Positions 1-9,883 of a DNA stretch of 64,000 nt are shown one piece after another. The position numbers and the translations under genes were made by a program. The DNA is from Clostridia bacterium. GTDB taxonomy: Bacteria; Bacillota; Clostridia; UMGS1883; UMGS1540. The stretch is taken from NCBI GenBank assembly GCA_045533905.1, contig JAZSIR010000022.1, positions 1-64,000 on the forward strand, read 5' to 3'. Positions within the stretch are counted from its first letter, which is position 1. Each line of letters starts with the position of its first letter. The notes below the pieces were generated by a model that saw only the letters and a list, made by a program, of their open reading frames with translations, was not told the DNA's origin and ran no database searches.

Positions 1-138
1 TTTTTACAACAATGAAAGAATACAACTTAAAACAAAACTGACACCGCTTGAAAAACGATGTCAGTATGTTGCTTAAAATTTAATATTGTTTACCATAGGG
101 TGCTTTTTTGTGTTGTCTGCACAAATTGGTGCAGTTCA
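1..138 (+). mobile_element. Right end of an IS3-family (IS150-like) insertion sequence: transposase C-terminus plus right inverted repeat
   Basis: Frame 2..76 reads FYNNERIQLKTKLTPLEKRCQYVA*, the typical YNxxRI..L..TP tail of IS3 OrfB. The sequence ends in TGTCTGCACAAATTGGTGCAGTTCA at 138 (reverse complement starts TGAACTGCACC), like IS3-family ends. Confidence 0.8.
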
Positions 139-182
139 AAATGCAAGTGCTTTTTTCTTTATGAAGGCGCATAGGGTAATCG

Positions 183-1229
183 TTACAACGCCACGTTCTT
201 ATTATCGTATTTCAACTGGAACAGCTCAAATTGACTATAATCATCGCTGAACTCTATTTTGATAAGTGCAGGAATATCTTTGCATTCCCCTGCATCAAAA
301 TTCGTTTTCAGTACATACCGAAGTCCTGTTTTGTCAATCTCCCATTGAGATACATCTTGCGAAACTTGTGTGTTTGAATTGGTGACTGTTTTTTTAATCA
401 CCTGTTCCCCACAAGCTATAATTTGCTTATCTGTCAAAGTAGTCTGCCCTACTGTTTTCCCATTATCTCTGTCAATAGCGTCTTGCATATTGTCACGCAA
501 GAAATTTTTCAATTGGCTTACACTCATTCCATACTGTCCTGTGAGGCCAGCCAGAATTTCATTCTCCGAACGGCTATAGTCAGAGTTTAAGATGGCCATA
601 ATTTCTTTGTACATTTTATAGTCTTTGTCTGAAATGGCATATTCCCTACTTATTTTGTAACCGGTTTCATAACTGGTTTCAATGGTTTTGCTTAATATTA
701 GGGTTCCATTGTCCATATCCTCTGGTTTTTCCGATGTCTTTACCACATCCTTTACCAGTTCTTGAATCAAATAATCGCTTAAAGCAGGAATAAATTCCCG
801 ACCTTCTTTTTCATATATCGCCTGGCACTGAATAACGGGTTGTTGAAAGGAGTTCGAAAACCCGCCATATGCGCCGCGCACTACCACCGTTTTTCCCATC
901 AGTTTTATATAAGACTCATCCGGGAAAAGATTTAAAGCCGCATGCCATATACCACCATGTCCCTCTAATTCAGCATATGTAAAAGGGTCTGTGTATATAT
1001 TCTTTACAATACCCTCGCACCATATCTTCTTCCCACCCAAACCATTGTCTTTTGCGGGTGAATTATAGGTAGTAAATTCCGCCTTTTCATACCCCTTTAT
1101 AAAATCAACCTGCAACACATCCAGTTCTTCTGTCCCTACCGGATTCTCCGAGATGTTAGGGGCTTGCGTTGCTTTACATCCTACTAACAAAAGGGATAAA
1201 ATCATAACTGTTAAAACTGCTTTTTTCAT
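183..1229 (-). CDS. Hypothetical lipoprotein
   Basis: 348-aa ORF with signal peptide and lipobox LLVGC; GGAGG-type RBS upstream; AT-rich codon use. Confidence 0.75.
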   Translation of the reverse strand: MKKAVLTVMILSLLLVGCKATQAPNISENPVGTEELDVLQVDFIKGYEKAEFTTYNSPAKDNGLGGKKIWCEGIVKNIYTDPFTYAELEGHGGIWHAALNLFPDESYIKLMGKTVVVRGAYGGFSNSFQQPVIQCQAIYEKEGREFIPALSDYLIQELVKDVVKTSEKPEDMDNGTLILSKTIETSYETGYKISREYAISDKDYKMYKEIMAILNSDYSRSENEILAGLTGQYGMSVSQLKNFLRDNMQDAIDRDNGKTVGQTTLTDKQIIACGEQVIKKTVTNSNTQVSQDVSQWEIDKTGLRYVLKTNFDAGECKDIPALIKIEFSDDYSQFELFQLKYDNKNVAL

Positions 1230-1241
1230 TTTCGGTTCCTC

Positions 1242-1958
1242 CTATGCATCTTGTTTCTTGTTCTCCTCACAAGGCTCGCTGTCTCCCCTAACCTCTCCGT
1301 GCATACTTGGGGCGCCTTTTGTCCCTCCTTTCCACAATGAAACCGCATTAATTTCTTTTATATTTTTATTAATGACTGTAATGTATCCAATCAAAAAAGT
1401 TGCAAAGCACAATAGCACCAACGCAGTAACCCAACACCAAGAATACCATTGACCATGTTCTACCACTTTAAAATAGCCAATTGAAACAAGCGGTAATCCT
1501 ATATACAAGGCCATCGAGAAATAATAGTTCCAATGATTCGATTTTAGCAGAAAGGAACGATGTGCCTCTTCGTCCGCATAATGCTCCCAAAACATTGGAC
1601 ATTTTGTAACATCCTGTAATTCTTCAGACTTCACAAACATTGCATTCAGTTTTGTCTCAACCAAAGAAATATACGCACCTATTTTAACTTGCCTATATAC
1701 ATAATCAAGCCATAAAATCCCAGAAAACATGCTGAAGCACGGAATGATTACATAGAAAAGAAGAGACATAAATGTCGGCTTCGTTTGAACATTTGATGAA
1801 ATAAGTGTTGCTCCCGCTGTGAATAACGACGCCAACAATGTAAAAGTCGTCGATATTACTTTAAATTGTTTTGCAATTGTCTCTCGCAATTCCGCACGCA
1901 ACGCGGAATACTCCGCTAGTGCCACCTCTATAAAAACTCTCATTTTTTCGTCGTTCAT
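1242..1958 (-). CDS. Hypothetical 4-TM membrane protein
   Basis: Start placed at MNDEK after a GAGGAG RBS. An N-terminal helix (EYSALRAELRE) is followed by two pairs of hydrophobic segments. Confidence 0.7.
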   Translation of the reverse strand: MNDEKMRVFIEVALAEYSALRAELRETIAKQFKVISTTFTLLASLFTAGATLISSNVQTKPTFMSLLFYVIIPCFSMFSGILWLDYVYRQVKIGAYISLVETKLNAMFVKSEELQDVTKCPMFWEHYADEEAHRSFLLKSNHWNYYFSMALYIGLPLVSIGYFKVVEHGQWYSWCWVTALVLLCFATFLIGYITVINKNIKEINAVSLWKGGTKGAPSMHGEVRGDSEPCEENKKQDA

Positions 1959-2036
1959 GTTACCACTCCTCACATCATTCTTCTTCCTAGTCCAGTATAA
2001 CATGATTTGCATAAAAAGACAAGCTGTAAATGTACC

Positions 2037-2063
2037 AAAAAAGGGGGGACTCGCCCCCTTTTT
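2037..2063 (-). terminator. Intrinsic terminator-like hairpin downstream of the WG-repeat gene
   Basis: AAAAAAGGGGGG-ACTCG-CCCCTTTTT inverted repeat with A/T tails. Confidence 0.55.
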
Positions 2064-2072
2064 CTACTTTCA

Positions 2073-3533
2073 TCATAGAGATTCCAGATAATGGATCAAG
2101 CAATACCCGTCGATGTATTCTTTTTCCAAGCATCCATAGGCCTTACAGTATGAAGAAGAAGTCTTCGGTTTATGTGTATAACAATACTCCCCGCTTGTAA
2201 TTGTCGTATAGCAGTCCTTCTCCTTGCAGAAAGCCCAATCCCAACCATCAACACCCTCAAATGATCTTCCTATCTCTTCGCCCTTTTTATTAATAATTGT
2301 ATATTTTTTGTCAGTGGTACCGACACGTGCATATCCATCTGCCGTAAACTCAGATACTTCTGTATACAAATAGTTAATGACCAGATTTCCCTTTTTATCT
2401 ATGTATCCGTACCTATCCCCCAAGCAAACACTCGCAAGTCCTTCCGAAAAGCTTCCTGCACGATCAAATTGAGGTGTAATTACATACTTCCCTTTTTTGT
2501 CGATATATCCCCATTTTTCGCCCTGTTTAACAGCCGCCAACCCTTCTGCAAAGGGCGCCGCATCTTCGAATTGTGCAGGAATTACAAACTCCCCCTGCTT
2601 GTTAATGTATCCCTCTGCTTCGTTTATTCTTACTAGCGCCAAACCATCTATGAAGGAATAGGCAAAATCAAATTGCGGATTAATTATATAGTCACCCTGT
2701 GCATTAATATATCCCCACTTATCTCCGGTTTTTACTGCTGCTAGTCCTTCATTAAAGGGATCGGCATCATCAAAACGCAAGGAAATTACTTGATTTCCTT
2801 TTTTATCGATATAGCCATACCTTTCATTGGCACTTACTACCGCCCTTCCTTCAAAGAAAAAGCTGGCCGTATCAAACTGTGGATTGACTACATATTCCCC
2901 TTTTGTGTCAATATATCCTTTTTTTCCTCCGCTTTCTACCCATGCTAGTCCTTCATAAAACCTACTGGCCATATCATATTGTGGACGGATTACTATTTCT
3001 CCTTTTTTGTTAATATATCCAGTTTTTTTATTAACAGTAACCGCGGCAAGTCCCTCGAAAAAAGAAGTAGCCGATTCAAACTGTAGGTTAATTGCTTCAC
3101 CTTTTATATTACTATAACCCCATTTTCCGCCAACCTGCACAGAGGCTAGCCCATCACTAAAGCCTCTGCAATCATCAAATTGCGGCTGAATTGCAAATTC
3201 ACCCTCTTGGTTTATATATCCCCATTTATCGCCAACCTTGACGCTTACAAGTCCTTCAGAGAACATATGGGTTTCCTCTTTCTCCTTGTCCCGCCATACC
3301 TGTGTACCCACATACCAAAGTCCGCTGATACTTAAAAAAACAAACACGCTTATCAAAAGAGTTACAAGAATGGTTTTTTTCTTTGACCTTCCATCTTTCG
3401 CCTTTTCTTCTGCCAAATTTGCGTCTCCCTCTTCGTCTATTTTCTGTATATTCGTTCTTTCCTCCATCTCTTCTCCGGAAGAGTTTCCAAAGGTTTTTTC
3501 TTTGTTGTCCACGTTCTGCTTATCCTCTCTCAT
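2073..3533 (-). CDS. Membrane-anchored WG (KWG) repeat protein with C-terminal Cys/His motifs
   Basis: Many FSEGLAxV...KWGYIxxxGxxxIxPQFD repeats after one TM helix; start placed at MREDK after a GAGGAGG RBS. Confidence 0.88.
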   Translation of the reverse strand: MREDKQNVDNKEKTFGNSSGEEMEERTNIQKIDEEGDANLAEEKAKDGRSKKKTILVTLLISVFVFLSISGLWYVGTQVWRDKEKEETHMFSEGLVSVKVGDKWGYINQEGEFAIQPQFDDCRGFSDGLASVQVGGKWGYSNIKGEAINLQFESATSFFEGLAAVTVNKKTGYINKKGEIVIRPQYDMASRFYEGLAWVESGGKKGYIDTKGEYVVNPQFDTASFFFEGRAVVSANERYGYIDKKGNQVISLRFDDADPFNEGLAAVKTGDKWGYINAQGDYIINPQFDFAYSFIDGLALVRINEAEGYINKQGEFVIPAQFEDAAPFAEGLAAVKQGEKWGYIDKKGKYVITPQFDRAGSFSEGLASVCLGDRYGYIDKKGNLVINYLYTEVSEFTADGYARVGTTDKKYTIINKKGEEIGRSFEGVDGWDWAFCKEKDCYTTITSGEYCYTHKPKTSSSYCKAYGCLEKEYIDGYCLIHYLESL

Positions 3534-3631
3534 ACAACGCGCCTCCTCTTTTGTGGTTATTTTTATGTTATAAATTATAACATATCTGCACACAATTTGT
3601 CAAGCTATAATTTAAGTGAGGTGTTGTTTTT

Positions 3632-3817
3632 ATGAATGAGAAATTAGTCATAAAGAAGAACTTAAAGGGCGAAGACGGGTATAAAACCTTTTCCGTGCGC
3701 CTTCGGGACGAAACGGTTGCAAGGCTCAATGCCCTCTCCGAAGAAACAAACCGCTCCCGCAATGAACTTATCAACCTTTTGCTCGATTATGCTATAGACA
3801 ACAGCGAAGTTTTATAA
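3632..3817 (+). CDS. Ribbon-helix-helix (CopG-like) DNA-binding protein
   Basis: 61 aa, KTFSVRL...L..LS..TNRSRNELINLLLDYA pattern; GAGGTG RBS. Confidence 0.8.
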   Translation: MNEKLVIKKNLKGEDGYKTFSVRLRDETVARLNALSEETNRSRNELINLLLDYAIDNSEVL

Positions 3818-3851
3818 GAAAAGGGCACAGCCGAAAGGCTGTGCCCTTTTC
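3818..3851. terminator. Bidirectional intrinsic terminator
   Basis: GAAAAGGGCACAGCC-GAAA-GGCTGTGCCCTTTTC perfect hairpin between convergent genes. Confidence 0.85.
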
Positions 3852-4841
3852 TTATAGTGCAATTTTATCAATCTCTGCGAGTTCTTCCGCAGAAAACGCG
3901 GTGTTTTCGATCATTTTTATATTTTCGAGTATCTGCTCGGGGCGAGAAGCGCCAACGAGAACGCTTGTGACCTCTTCCTTTTGATACAGCCACGAAAGCG
4001 CCATTTGCGCAAGGGTTTGCCCGCGGCGCGCGGCAATCTCCGAAAGCGCGCGGATTTTCTCGAGCATCTCTTCCGTGAGTGTGCTTTCTTTGAGGAAGCG
4101 CCCGTCGGTACGGATGCGGCTATCCTTCGGGATGCCCGAAAGGTAGCGGTCTGTAAGAAGGCCCTGTGCTAAGGGACTGAAAATAATCATCCCTTTTTTC
4201 TTCTCGCGCGCGGCAGCCAAAATGCCGTTTTCCTCCACGGTGCGGTTGAAAATCGAATAGCGGTTCTGGTTTATAATGAACGGACAATGGAGCGATTCCA
4301 AAATTTCTGCCGCTTTTTTCATGTTCTCGCCGTCGTAATTTGAAAGGCCTGCATAAAGCGCCTTGCCGCTTTTTACGATTTGAGAAAGTGCACCCATCGT
4401 TTCCTCGAGGGGCGTATCCGGATCCATTCTGTGGTGGTAAAAAATATCCACATAGTCGAGCCCCATACGCATAAGACTCTGGTCAAGGCTTGCCACAAGA
4501 TACTTACGGCTGCCCCATTCGCCATACGGGCCCGGCCACATATAATAGCCGGCCTTCGTGCTTATGACCATCTCGTCGCGATACGGCTGCAAGTCCTTTT
4601 TGAGAATGCGCCCGAAATTCCGCTCGGCACTGCCGGCCTCGGGGCCGTAATTATTCGCAAGGTCAAAATGCGTGATGCCATGGTCAAACGCCGCACGGCA
4701 CATTTTTCGCATATTTTCAAAGTTTCCCGTGTCACCGAAATTATGCCAAAGACCAAGCGACACGGCAGGCAGTTTCAAACCGCTTTCCCCGCACTTTCTG
4801 TACGGCTGTTTTTCGTATCGTGTCTCGCTTGCATGGTACAT
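3852..4841 (-). CDS. Aldo/keto reductase, L-glyceraldehyde-3-phosphate reductase (YghZ/MgrA) type
   Basis: SLGLWHNFG, THFDLANNYGP, ISTKAGY.MWPGPYGEWGSRKYL and DIFYHHR.D motifs. Confidence 0.92.
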   Translation of the reverse strand: MYHASETRYEKQPYRKCGESGLKLPAVSLGLWHNFGDTGNFENMRKMCRAAFDHGITHFDLANNYGPEAGSAERNFGRILKKDLQPYRDEMVISTKAGYYMWPGPYGEWGSRKYLVASLDQSLMRMGLDYVDIFYHHRMDPDTPLEETMGALSQIVKSGKALYAGLSNYDGENMKKAAEILESLHCPFIINQNRYSIFNRTVEENGILAAAREKKKGMIIFSPLAQGLLTDRYLSGIPKDSRIRTDGRFLKESTLTEEMLEKIRALSEIAARRGQTLAQMALSWLYQKEEVTSVLVGASRPEQILENIKMIENTAFSAEELAEIDKIAL

Positions 4842-4905
4842 CTTGTCCCGCCCTCTTTTCTTTTAGGATAGGTCTATTGTACCACGTCTTAAGAAAATAG
4901 TCAAA

Positions 4906-6162
4906 TCAGAGCGCCGCGCCTTCTTCCTTCTTCTGTTCTTTATGCCCTGCAGTAATGACAAACTGCAAAGAGAGAAGGATGCCTGCCATAATCAGTGCGC
5001 CGAGGAGGAATCCGCCCCGATACGTGCCGAAGCGGTCATACACCCAGTTGATAGCCGGCGCCCCAAGTGCATACCCTGCGGTGTTGACGGACACGAAAAT
5101 GCCGAGAATTTTATTAAAGGATTTCTGCCCGAAAAGGTCGCCCGCGTAAATCGGAAGCATAATCGTTTCAAGGGGAATCGACAAGGAAGAGAAGATGCCA
5201 TAAACCATCGCCAGCACTCTGCCTGCGGGAGAATTCGTTAAAAATGCGAGCATCAGCATAACGGCGCTTCCCGTGGCGGTGCAAATGCCTATCGTGGTAC
5301 GAAGGCCGAGTTTATCATATAAATATCCCGTAAGAAACTTAAAGCCTGCAAGAGAGAGTGCGTGAATGCTTAAAACGGTGCCGATATAGGCAAGCGAAAG
5401 ACCTGTATCTTTCATGTGTGCCGCGGACACGCCGTTTACGCCCTGAATCACAAACCCTGTGAGGAAAATACAAGCGGCGGCGCCGTAGAAATACGGTCTT
5501 TTCACCGCTTCCGAAAAAGCGATGCCGTCCCAGTCTCTGCCGCGGGATTTCTTTTTATGTGCCGCACTGCCTTCGCCCTTCTTATCTTTGAAGAAGATAA
5601 GAAGCAAAATAAAAACAGCAAAAAGGACCACCGCCGCGAGGCGGTACGCATTTCGAAAGCCTTCGGCGCCCGATTCGATAACGGGGGTTAAAACCTGAAT
5701 GGCAATTGCGCCGCCAACGCCGTTTGCCGCAAGCACCGCACCCATAATCGTGCCTTTTTTCTCGCGGCACCATGTATTTATAACCGAACCGACCATCGTG
5801 GTCGTTGTCCACGAAAGACCGAGCCCGAGGAGAATGCCGCCCACATAAAAGACATACACCGTTTCGCCGAAAGAGTAGGCAAGCTGCGAGGCGATAAGGC
5901 ATAAAACACCTGTCAAAATAAGCTTTTTCGCCCCAAAGCGCCCTATGAGCGTCCCGAAGAAAATATTGATGACGGCGGTCGTAATAAACCGGAGGCTATC
6001 TCCTAGGGAAAGTGCACTTCTTGTTATGCCGAGCGCCTCCGTCACCGGTACCACAAACAGACTCTTCGGTGAGGAGCAAAAGCCGAGGCACACCATAACC
6101 ATTAAAAACGAGAGCGCCACAATCACCCATGTGTACCCTCTCTTTTCTTTTTGTTCTTCCAT
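4906..6162 (-). CDS. MFS transporter
   Basis: About 12 hydrophobic segments; GxLxxRFG and GYLYDKLG MFS loop motifs. Confidence 0.88.
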   Translation of the reverse strand: MEEQKEKRGYTWVIVALSFLMVMVCLGFCSSPKSLFVVPVTEALGITRSALSLGDSLRFITTAVINIFFGTLIGRFGAKKLILTGVLCLIASQLAYSFGETVYVFYVGGILLGLGLSWTTTTMVGSVINTWCREKKGTIMGAVLAANGVGGAIAIQVLTPVIESGAEGFRNAYRLAAVVLFAVFILLLIFFKDKKGEGSAAHKKKSRGRDWDGIAFSEAVKRPYFYGAAACIFLTGFVIQGVNGVSAAHMKDTGLSLAYIGTVLSIHALSLAGFKFLTGYLYDKLGLRTTIGICTATGSAVMLMLAFLTNSPAGRVLAMVYGIFSSLSIPLETIMLPIYAGDLFGQKSFNKILGIFVSVNTAGYALGAPAINWVYDRFGTYRGGFLLGALIMAGILLSLQFVITAGHKEQKKEEGAAL

Positions 6163-6311
6163 ATGTATCCCTCCCATCGTTTTCGTCTTTATTATACTGC
6201 CGCGCTCGCCTTTGTAAATGGAAATTAGGGAACGATATGGATTTTTCCGAACTCTTTTTATGGACTTTTTTATTTTTATATGCTAAAATATAAAGAAATA
6301 GAGGTGATTGT

Positions 6312-7073
6312 TTGTTTGAGAATATAGAAAATTTAGAAATCCTTTCTTCTTTGCATCGGGTGAGCCGCGCGCGAAACAGAATTATAAACCGCGCCACAAA
6401 TTCGTTTATTATCCGCACAAGCGGAAAGGTGCTGTATACGTTCCCCGATAAAAGCTTCACCGCAGAAAGCGGCGAAATGATGTTTTTGCCAAAAGGCGTA
6501 TCCTACGAATACGAAACGCTCTCCGAAAGCCCGAGCACCTATACTGCCATACATTTTGAAGGCGCAATAGAGGATGCGGCGCCCGCCGTTTTTTCGCTTC
6601 GGAATTTTTACGGGTTCGAGTTTATGAGCCGCCATTTTCCCGATGCGTGGCATATCGGCACGGCGGCAGATAAATACAACTGCCTTTCTCTTTTTTATGC
6701 GCTCCTTTCGCATCTTTCGGCAGCGGAGCATACAAGCTATGCAGAAAACAAAAAATGGGATAGAATTTTGCCTGCCGTGCAGTTTTTAAAAGAGCATCTT
6801 TACGACTGTACTTTAAAAACCGAAAAGCTTTCGCGCCTTTCGGGTGTATCGGATACGTATTTTCGAAAAATATTTATTTCGCAGTTCGGGACCACGCCGC
6901 AAAAGTATATCGCCGCCAAACGACTTCTCCGCGCGCGGTCCATTCTTGAAAGCGGCGACTTTACCACCGTTTCGGAGGTGGCAAAAAGCGTAGGATACGA
7001 GGATCCGCTATATTTTTCAAAGGCTTTCAAAAAGCAATACGGACTTTTGCCGAGTGATTTTCTTTCAAAATAA
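6312..7073 (+). CDS. AraC-family transcriptional regulator
   Basis: C-terminal double HTH (YFRKIF..FGTTP..Y; VSEVAKSVGYEDPLYFSKAFKK). Confidence 0.93.
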   Translation: MFENIENLEILSSLHRVSRARNRIINRATNSFIIRTSGKVLYTFPDKSFTAESGEMMFLPKGVSYEYETLSESPSTYTAIHFEGAIEDAAPAVFSLRNFYGFEFMSRHFPDAWHIGTAADKYNCLSLFYALLSHLSAAEHTSYAENKKWDRILPAVQFLKEHLYDCTLKTEKLSRLSGVSDTYFRKIFISQFGTTPQKYIAAKRLLRARSILESGDFTTVSEVAKSVGYEDPLYFSKAFKKQYGLLPSDFLSK

Positions 7074-7107
7074 AAAAAGGACTCTTTCGAGTCCTTTTTT
7101 TATTTTG

Positions 7108-8343
7108 CTATCTTTGGGAAAGGATTGTCTCCTCATACCGGAGGATTTCGGGCATATAGCTTTCCGGCACATTTTCACGGCGGAGATATTCTGCCCATAC
7201 ATCGCCAATCGGCGCTGTTTTGAGGTCTTCCATAAGTGCCATGCGCTCGGCACCGCGGTTTTCGTCCTGCATCCGGCGAAGCTCGGCGTGCGGCTCGAGA
7301 AGCGCTGAAAGAAGCGCCTTCTGTACGCTGCGCATGCCTGTTGTCCATGCCGCGATACGGTTAATGGAGGCATCGAAATAGTCGGTGGCGATAAAGACGC
7401 GGTCCACAGCATCGTTTCGCACAATCTCCTTGGCAATTTCGCGCGTTTCGTCATCAAAAAGGACTACGTGGTCGCTATCCCAGCGGACGGCTCTTGTAAC
7501 GTGCAAGGCAATCTTTTCGCTGAAAAGAAGCATAGCCGGAATTTTATCGGCGACAGACTCGGTCGGATGATAGTGGCCGTTATCCATAAGCGGTGTGATG
7601 CCGCGTGTATTTACATAGTTCATGCAGAATTCCGCGCTGCCCACGGTGTACGATTCCATCCCGATGCCGAACACCTTCGATTCGAGGCATACGAACACCT
7701 TTGTCTTGTCATAGGGAATGGAAAGGATTTCGTCGAGCGACTTCTGAAATCTTGCGCGGGGGCCGAGGCGGTCGGAGGGAATATCCTTATAACCGTCTGG
7801 AATCCAGATGTTCATAACGCACGGCTCGCCCGTCTCATTTGCAAAATGCTCGGAAATTTCAAGGCAACGTTTACCGTGCTCCACCCAGAATTTTCTGACT
7901 TCCTCGTCCGGCGAGGAAAGGGTGAGATTATCGCGCACCATCGGATGCGAGAAGAAGGTGGGGTTAAAATCAATGCCCATGCCGCGTTCCTTGGCAAATG
8001 CAAGCCACGGCGCAAACTGCGCGGGTGTGAGGGCATCGCGGTCTACGAACGTACCGTTTTGAATCGCATAGCACGCATGCAGATTCAGCTTCTTTTTGCC
8101 CGGTACGAGCGAAAGAACCTTGTCAATATCCGCCATAAGCTCTTCGGGCGTTCTGGCTCTTCCCGGGTAGTTGCCCGTGGTCTGGATGCCGCCGGAAAGG
8201 GCTTCCGCATTGTCAAAGCCGGTTACGTCATCCCCCTGCCAGCAGTGCATCGCGACAGGGATGCGGCGCAGGGTTTCGATTGCAGCCTCAGTATCTACGC
8301 CGAGGGCGCGGTACATTTCTCTTGCTTCTTCATATCTTTTCAT
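7108..8343 (-). CDS. rhaA: L-rhamnose isomerase
   Basis: MHCWQGDDV, GNYPGRAR, ESKVFGIGMESYTVGS, GHYHPTE, VRWDSDHVV and DYFDASINRIAAW motifs. Confidence 0.97.
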   Translation of the reverse strand: MKRYEEAREMYRALGVDTEAAIETLRRIPVAMHCWQGDDVTGFDNAEALSGGIQTTGNYPGRARTPEELMADIDKVLSLVPGKKKLNLHACYAIQNGTFVDRDALTPAQFAPWLAFAKERGMGIDFNPTFFSHPMVRDNLTLSSPDEEVRKFWVEHGKRCLEISEHFANETGEPCVMNIWIPDGYKDIPSDRLGPRARFQKSLDEILSIPYDKTKVFVCLESKVFGIGMESYTVGSAEFCMNYVNTRGITPLMDNGHYHPTESVADKIPAMLLFSEKIALHVTRAVRWDSDHVVLFDDETREIAKEIVRNDAVDRVFIATDYFDASINRIAAWTTGMRSVQKALLSALLEPHAELRRMQDENRGAERMALMEDLKTAPIGDVWAEYLRRENVPESYMPEILRYEETILSQR

Positions 8344-9713
8344 TTTGTTACCTCCTGTGTTCCGAAAGAATCTGCTACCATTTTGCGAAGCTCGGAAAGC
8401 GTATAGCCACCTTTTGCATAAAACTGCGAAAGGATATTGCCGATGGCCGTAGCTTCCACGGGCCCGGTGAAAACGCGTTTGCCGGTGTACTCGGCCGTCA
8501 GGCGGCTTAAGTACGCGTCACGGCTGCCGCCGCCGACAATGCGGATATCGCCCGTTTCTTCGCCCGTGATATTGCCAATCTCGCAAAATGCATCGCGATA
8601 GGATTTTGCGAGAGAATGGTACACGCTGTTAATAACCTCGCCAAGCGGCATATCGGGCTTTCCGAGATAGCCGCGGATGGCTTCAATCATATTTTCGGGC
8701 GCGACAAATTCCGAAGCATTTACATCAATGTATTCGTATTTGCCCGACTCCATCGCCGCGTACATCATTTCGTCATACGTCATCGTTTTATGTAAGTTTT
8801 TGCGGATGTTCTGCAAAAGCCACATCCCCATATAGTTCTTGAGGAAACGGAAGCGGTAGTCAATGCCGCCTTCATTCGTGAAGTTTGCCCCTCTTGCCGC
8901 ATCGGTTACAATCGGCGCCAGCCGCTCTGTGCCGATAAGGCTCCAGGTGCCCGAGGAGATGTATATATCCCCGTCGGAAAGCGGGCAGGCCGCTACGGCC
9001 GAAGCCGTATCGTGACTCGGGCAGAAAAGCACCTTCGCAGAAAAGCCTACTTTTTCTGCAACCGCATCCGTAAAATCGCCTACCGGCGCACCGGGCGGCA
9101 GAATCTCGCCCAAAAGTGCGGGAGAAAAGCCGATTACTTCCGCGATTTTTTCGTCCACCTTGCGGGTTTCGGCATTCAAAATGCTTGTGGTGGTGCAATT
9201 GGTATATTCATTTTTCATTTCGCCCGTAAGGCGGTAGGAAAGATATGCGGGAATCATCAGAAGGTATTTGGCCCTGTCGAGTCTCCCCGCCTTTTTATCG
9301 GCATACAGCTGATAGATGGTGTTAATGTGCATTTTCTGAATGCCGCACCGTGCATACACTTCCGCAAAGGGAAGAAGCGAGTCGAGCTCCGCCATTGCGC
9401 GCTCGCCGCGGCTGTCTCGATAGCTGTAGGCCGGCAGGATTTCCTTCTTGTCGGCATCGAGAAGCACATAGTCGACACCCCACGTATCAATGGCCACCGT
9501 TTCGGGAATTTTCCCGAGTGCCGCGCATTTCTTCATCCCCTCTAAAACCTCGGAGAAAAGTGCCTCGACATCCCAGGTAAGTGCGCCGTCCTTTTCCTTG
9601 ATTTCGTTTTCAAAGCGGTGCACTTCTTCAATATGTATTTTTCCGTTCTCCATATGTCCTAAAATATGGCGACCGGAAGAAGCCCCGATATCAATCGCGA
9701 GTGCATACTGCAT
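8340..9713 (-). CDS. rhaB: Rhamnulokinase
   Basis: AIDIGASSGR, IDTWGVDY, SHDTASAV, ISSGTWSLIG and NFTNEGG motifs; overlaps the rhaA start. Confidence 0.95.
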   Translation of the reverse strand: MQYALAIDIGASSGRHILGHMENGKIHIEEVHRFENEIKEKDGALTWDVEALFSEVLEGMKKCAALGKIPETVAIDTWGVDYVLLDADKKEILPAYSYRDSRGERAMAELDSLLPFAEVYARCGIQKMHINTIYQLYADKKAGRLDRAKYLLMIPAYLSYRLTGEMKNEYTNCTTTSILNAETRKVDEKIAEVIGFSPALLGEILPPGAPVGDFTDAVAEKVGFSAKVLFCPSHDTASAVAACPLSDGDIYISSGTWSLIGTERLAPIVTDAARGANFTNEGGIDYRFRFLKNYMGMWLLQNIRKNLHKTMTYDEMMYAAMESGKYEYIDVNASEFVAPENMIEAIRGYLGKPDMPLGEVINSVYHSLAKSYRDAFCEIGNITGEETGDIRIVGGGSRDAYLSRLTAEYTGKRVFTGPVEATAIGNILSQFYAKGGYTLSELRKMVADSFGTQEVTK

Positions 9714-9883
9714 ACTATCACCTCATTTTAGAGTATAGCATAGAGAGCATAAAAAAGCAAGGGCCGTTTTTCATATTTTTCTCACTTTTTTCCATCAGTT
9801 TTTGGAATTTTCTTGACTTTTTGCCCCTATCTGCTATAATGAGAGTCAGATTTTGAAAAAACTTTGTCTTCCTGGGGGATAAA

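Noticed and set aside
3584-3600. TCTGCACACAATTTG resembling the IS3 right inverted repeat
   Set aside because: Short imperfect match in the same orientation, lacking the terminal GCAGTTCA; most likely chance within a promoter region.
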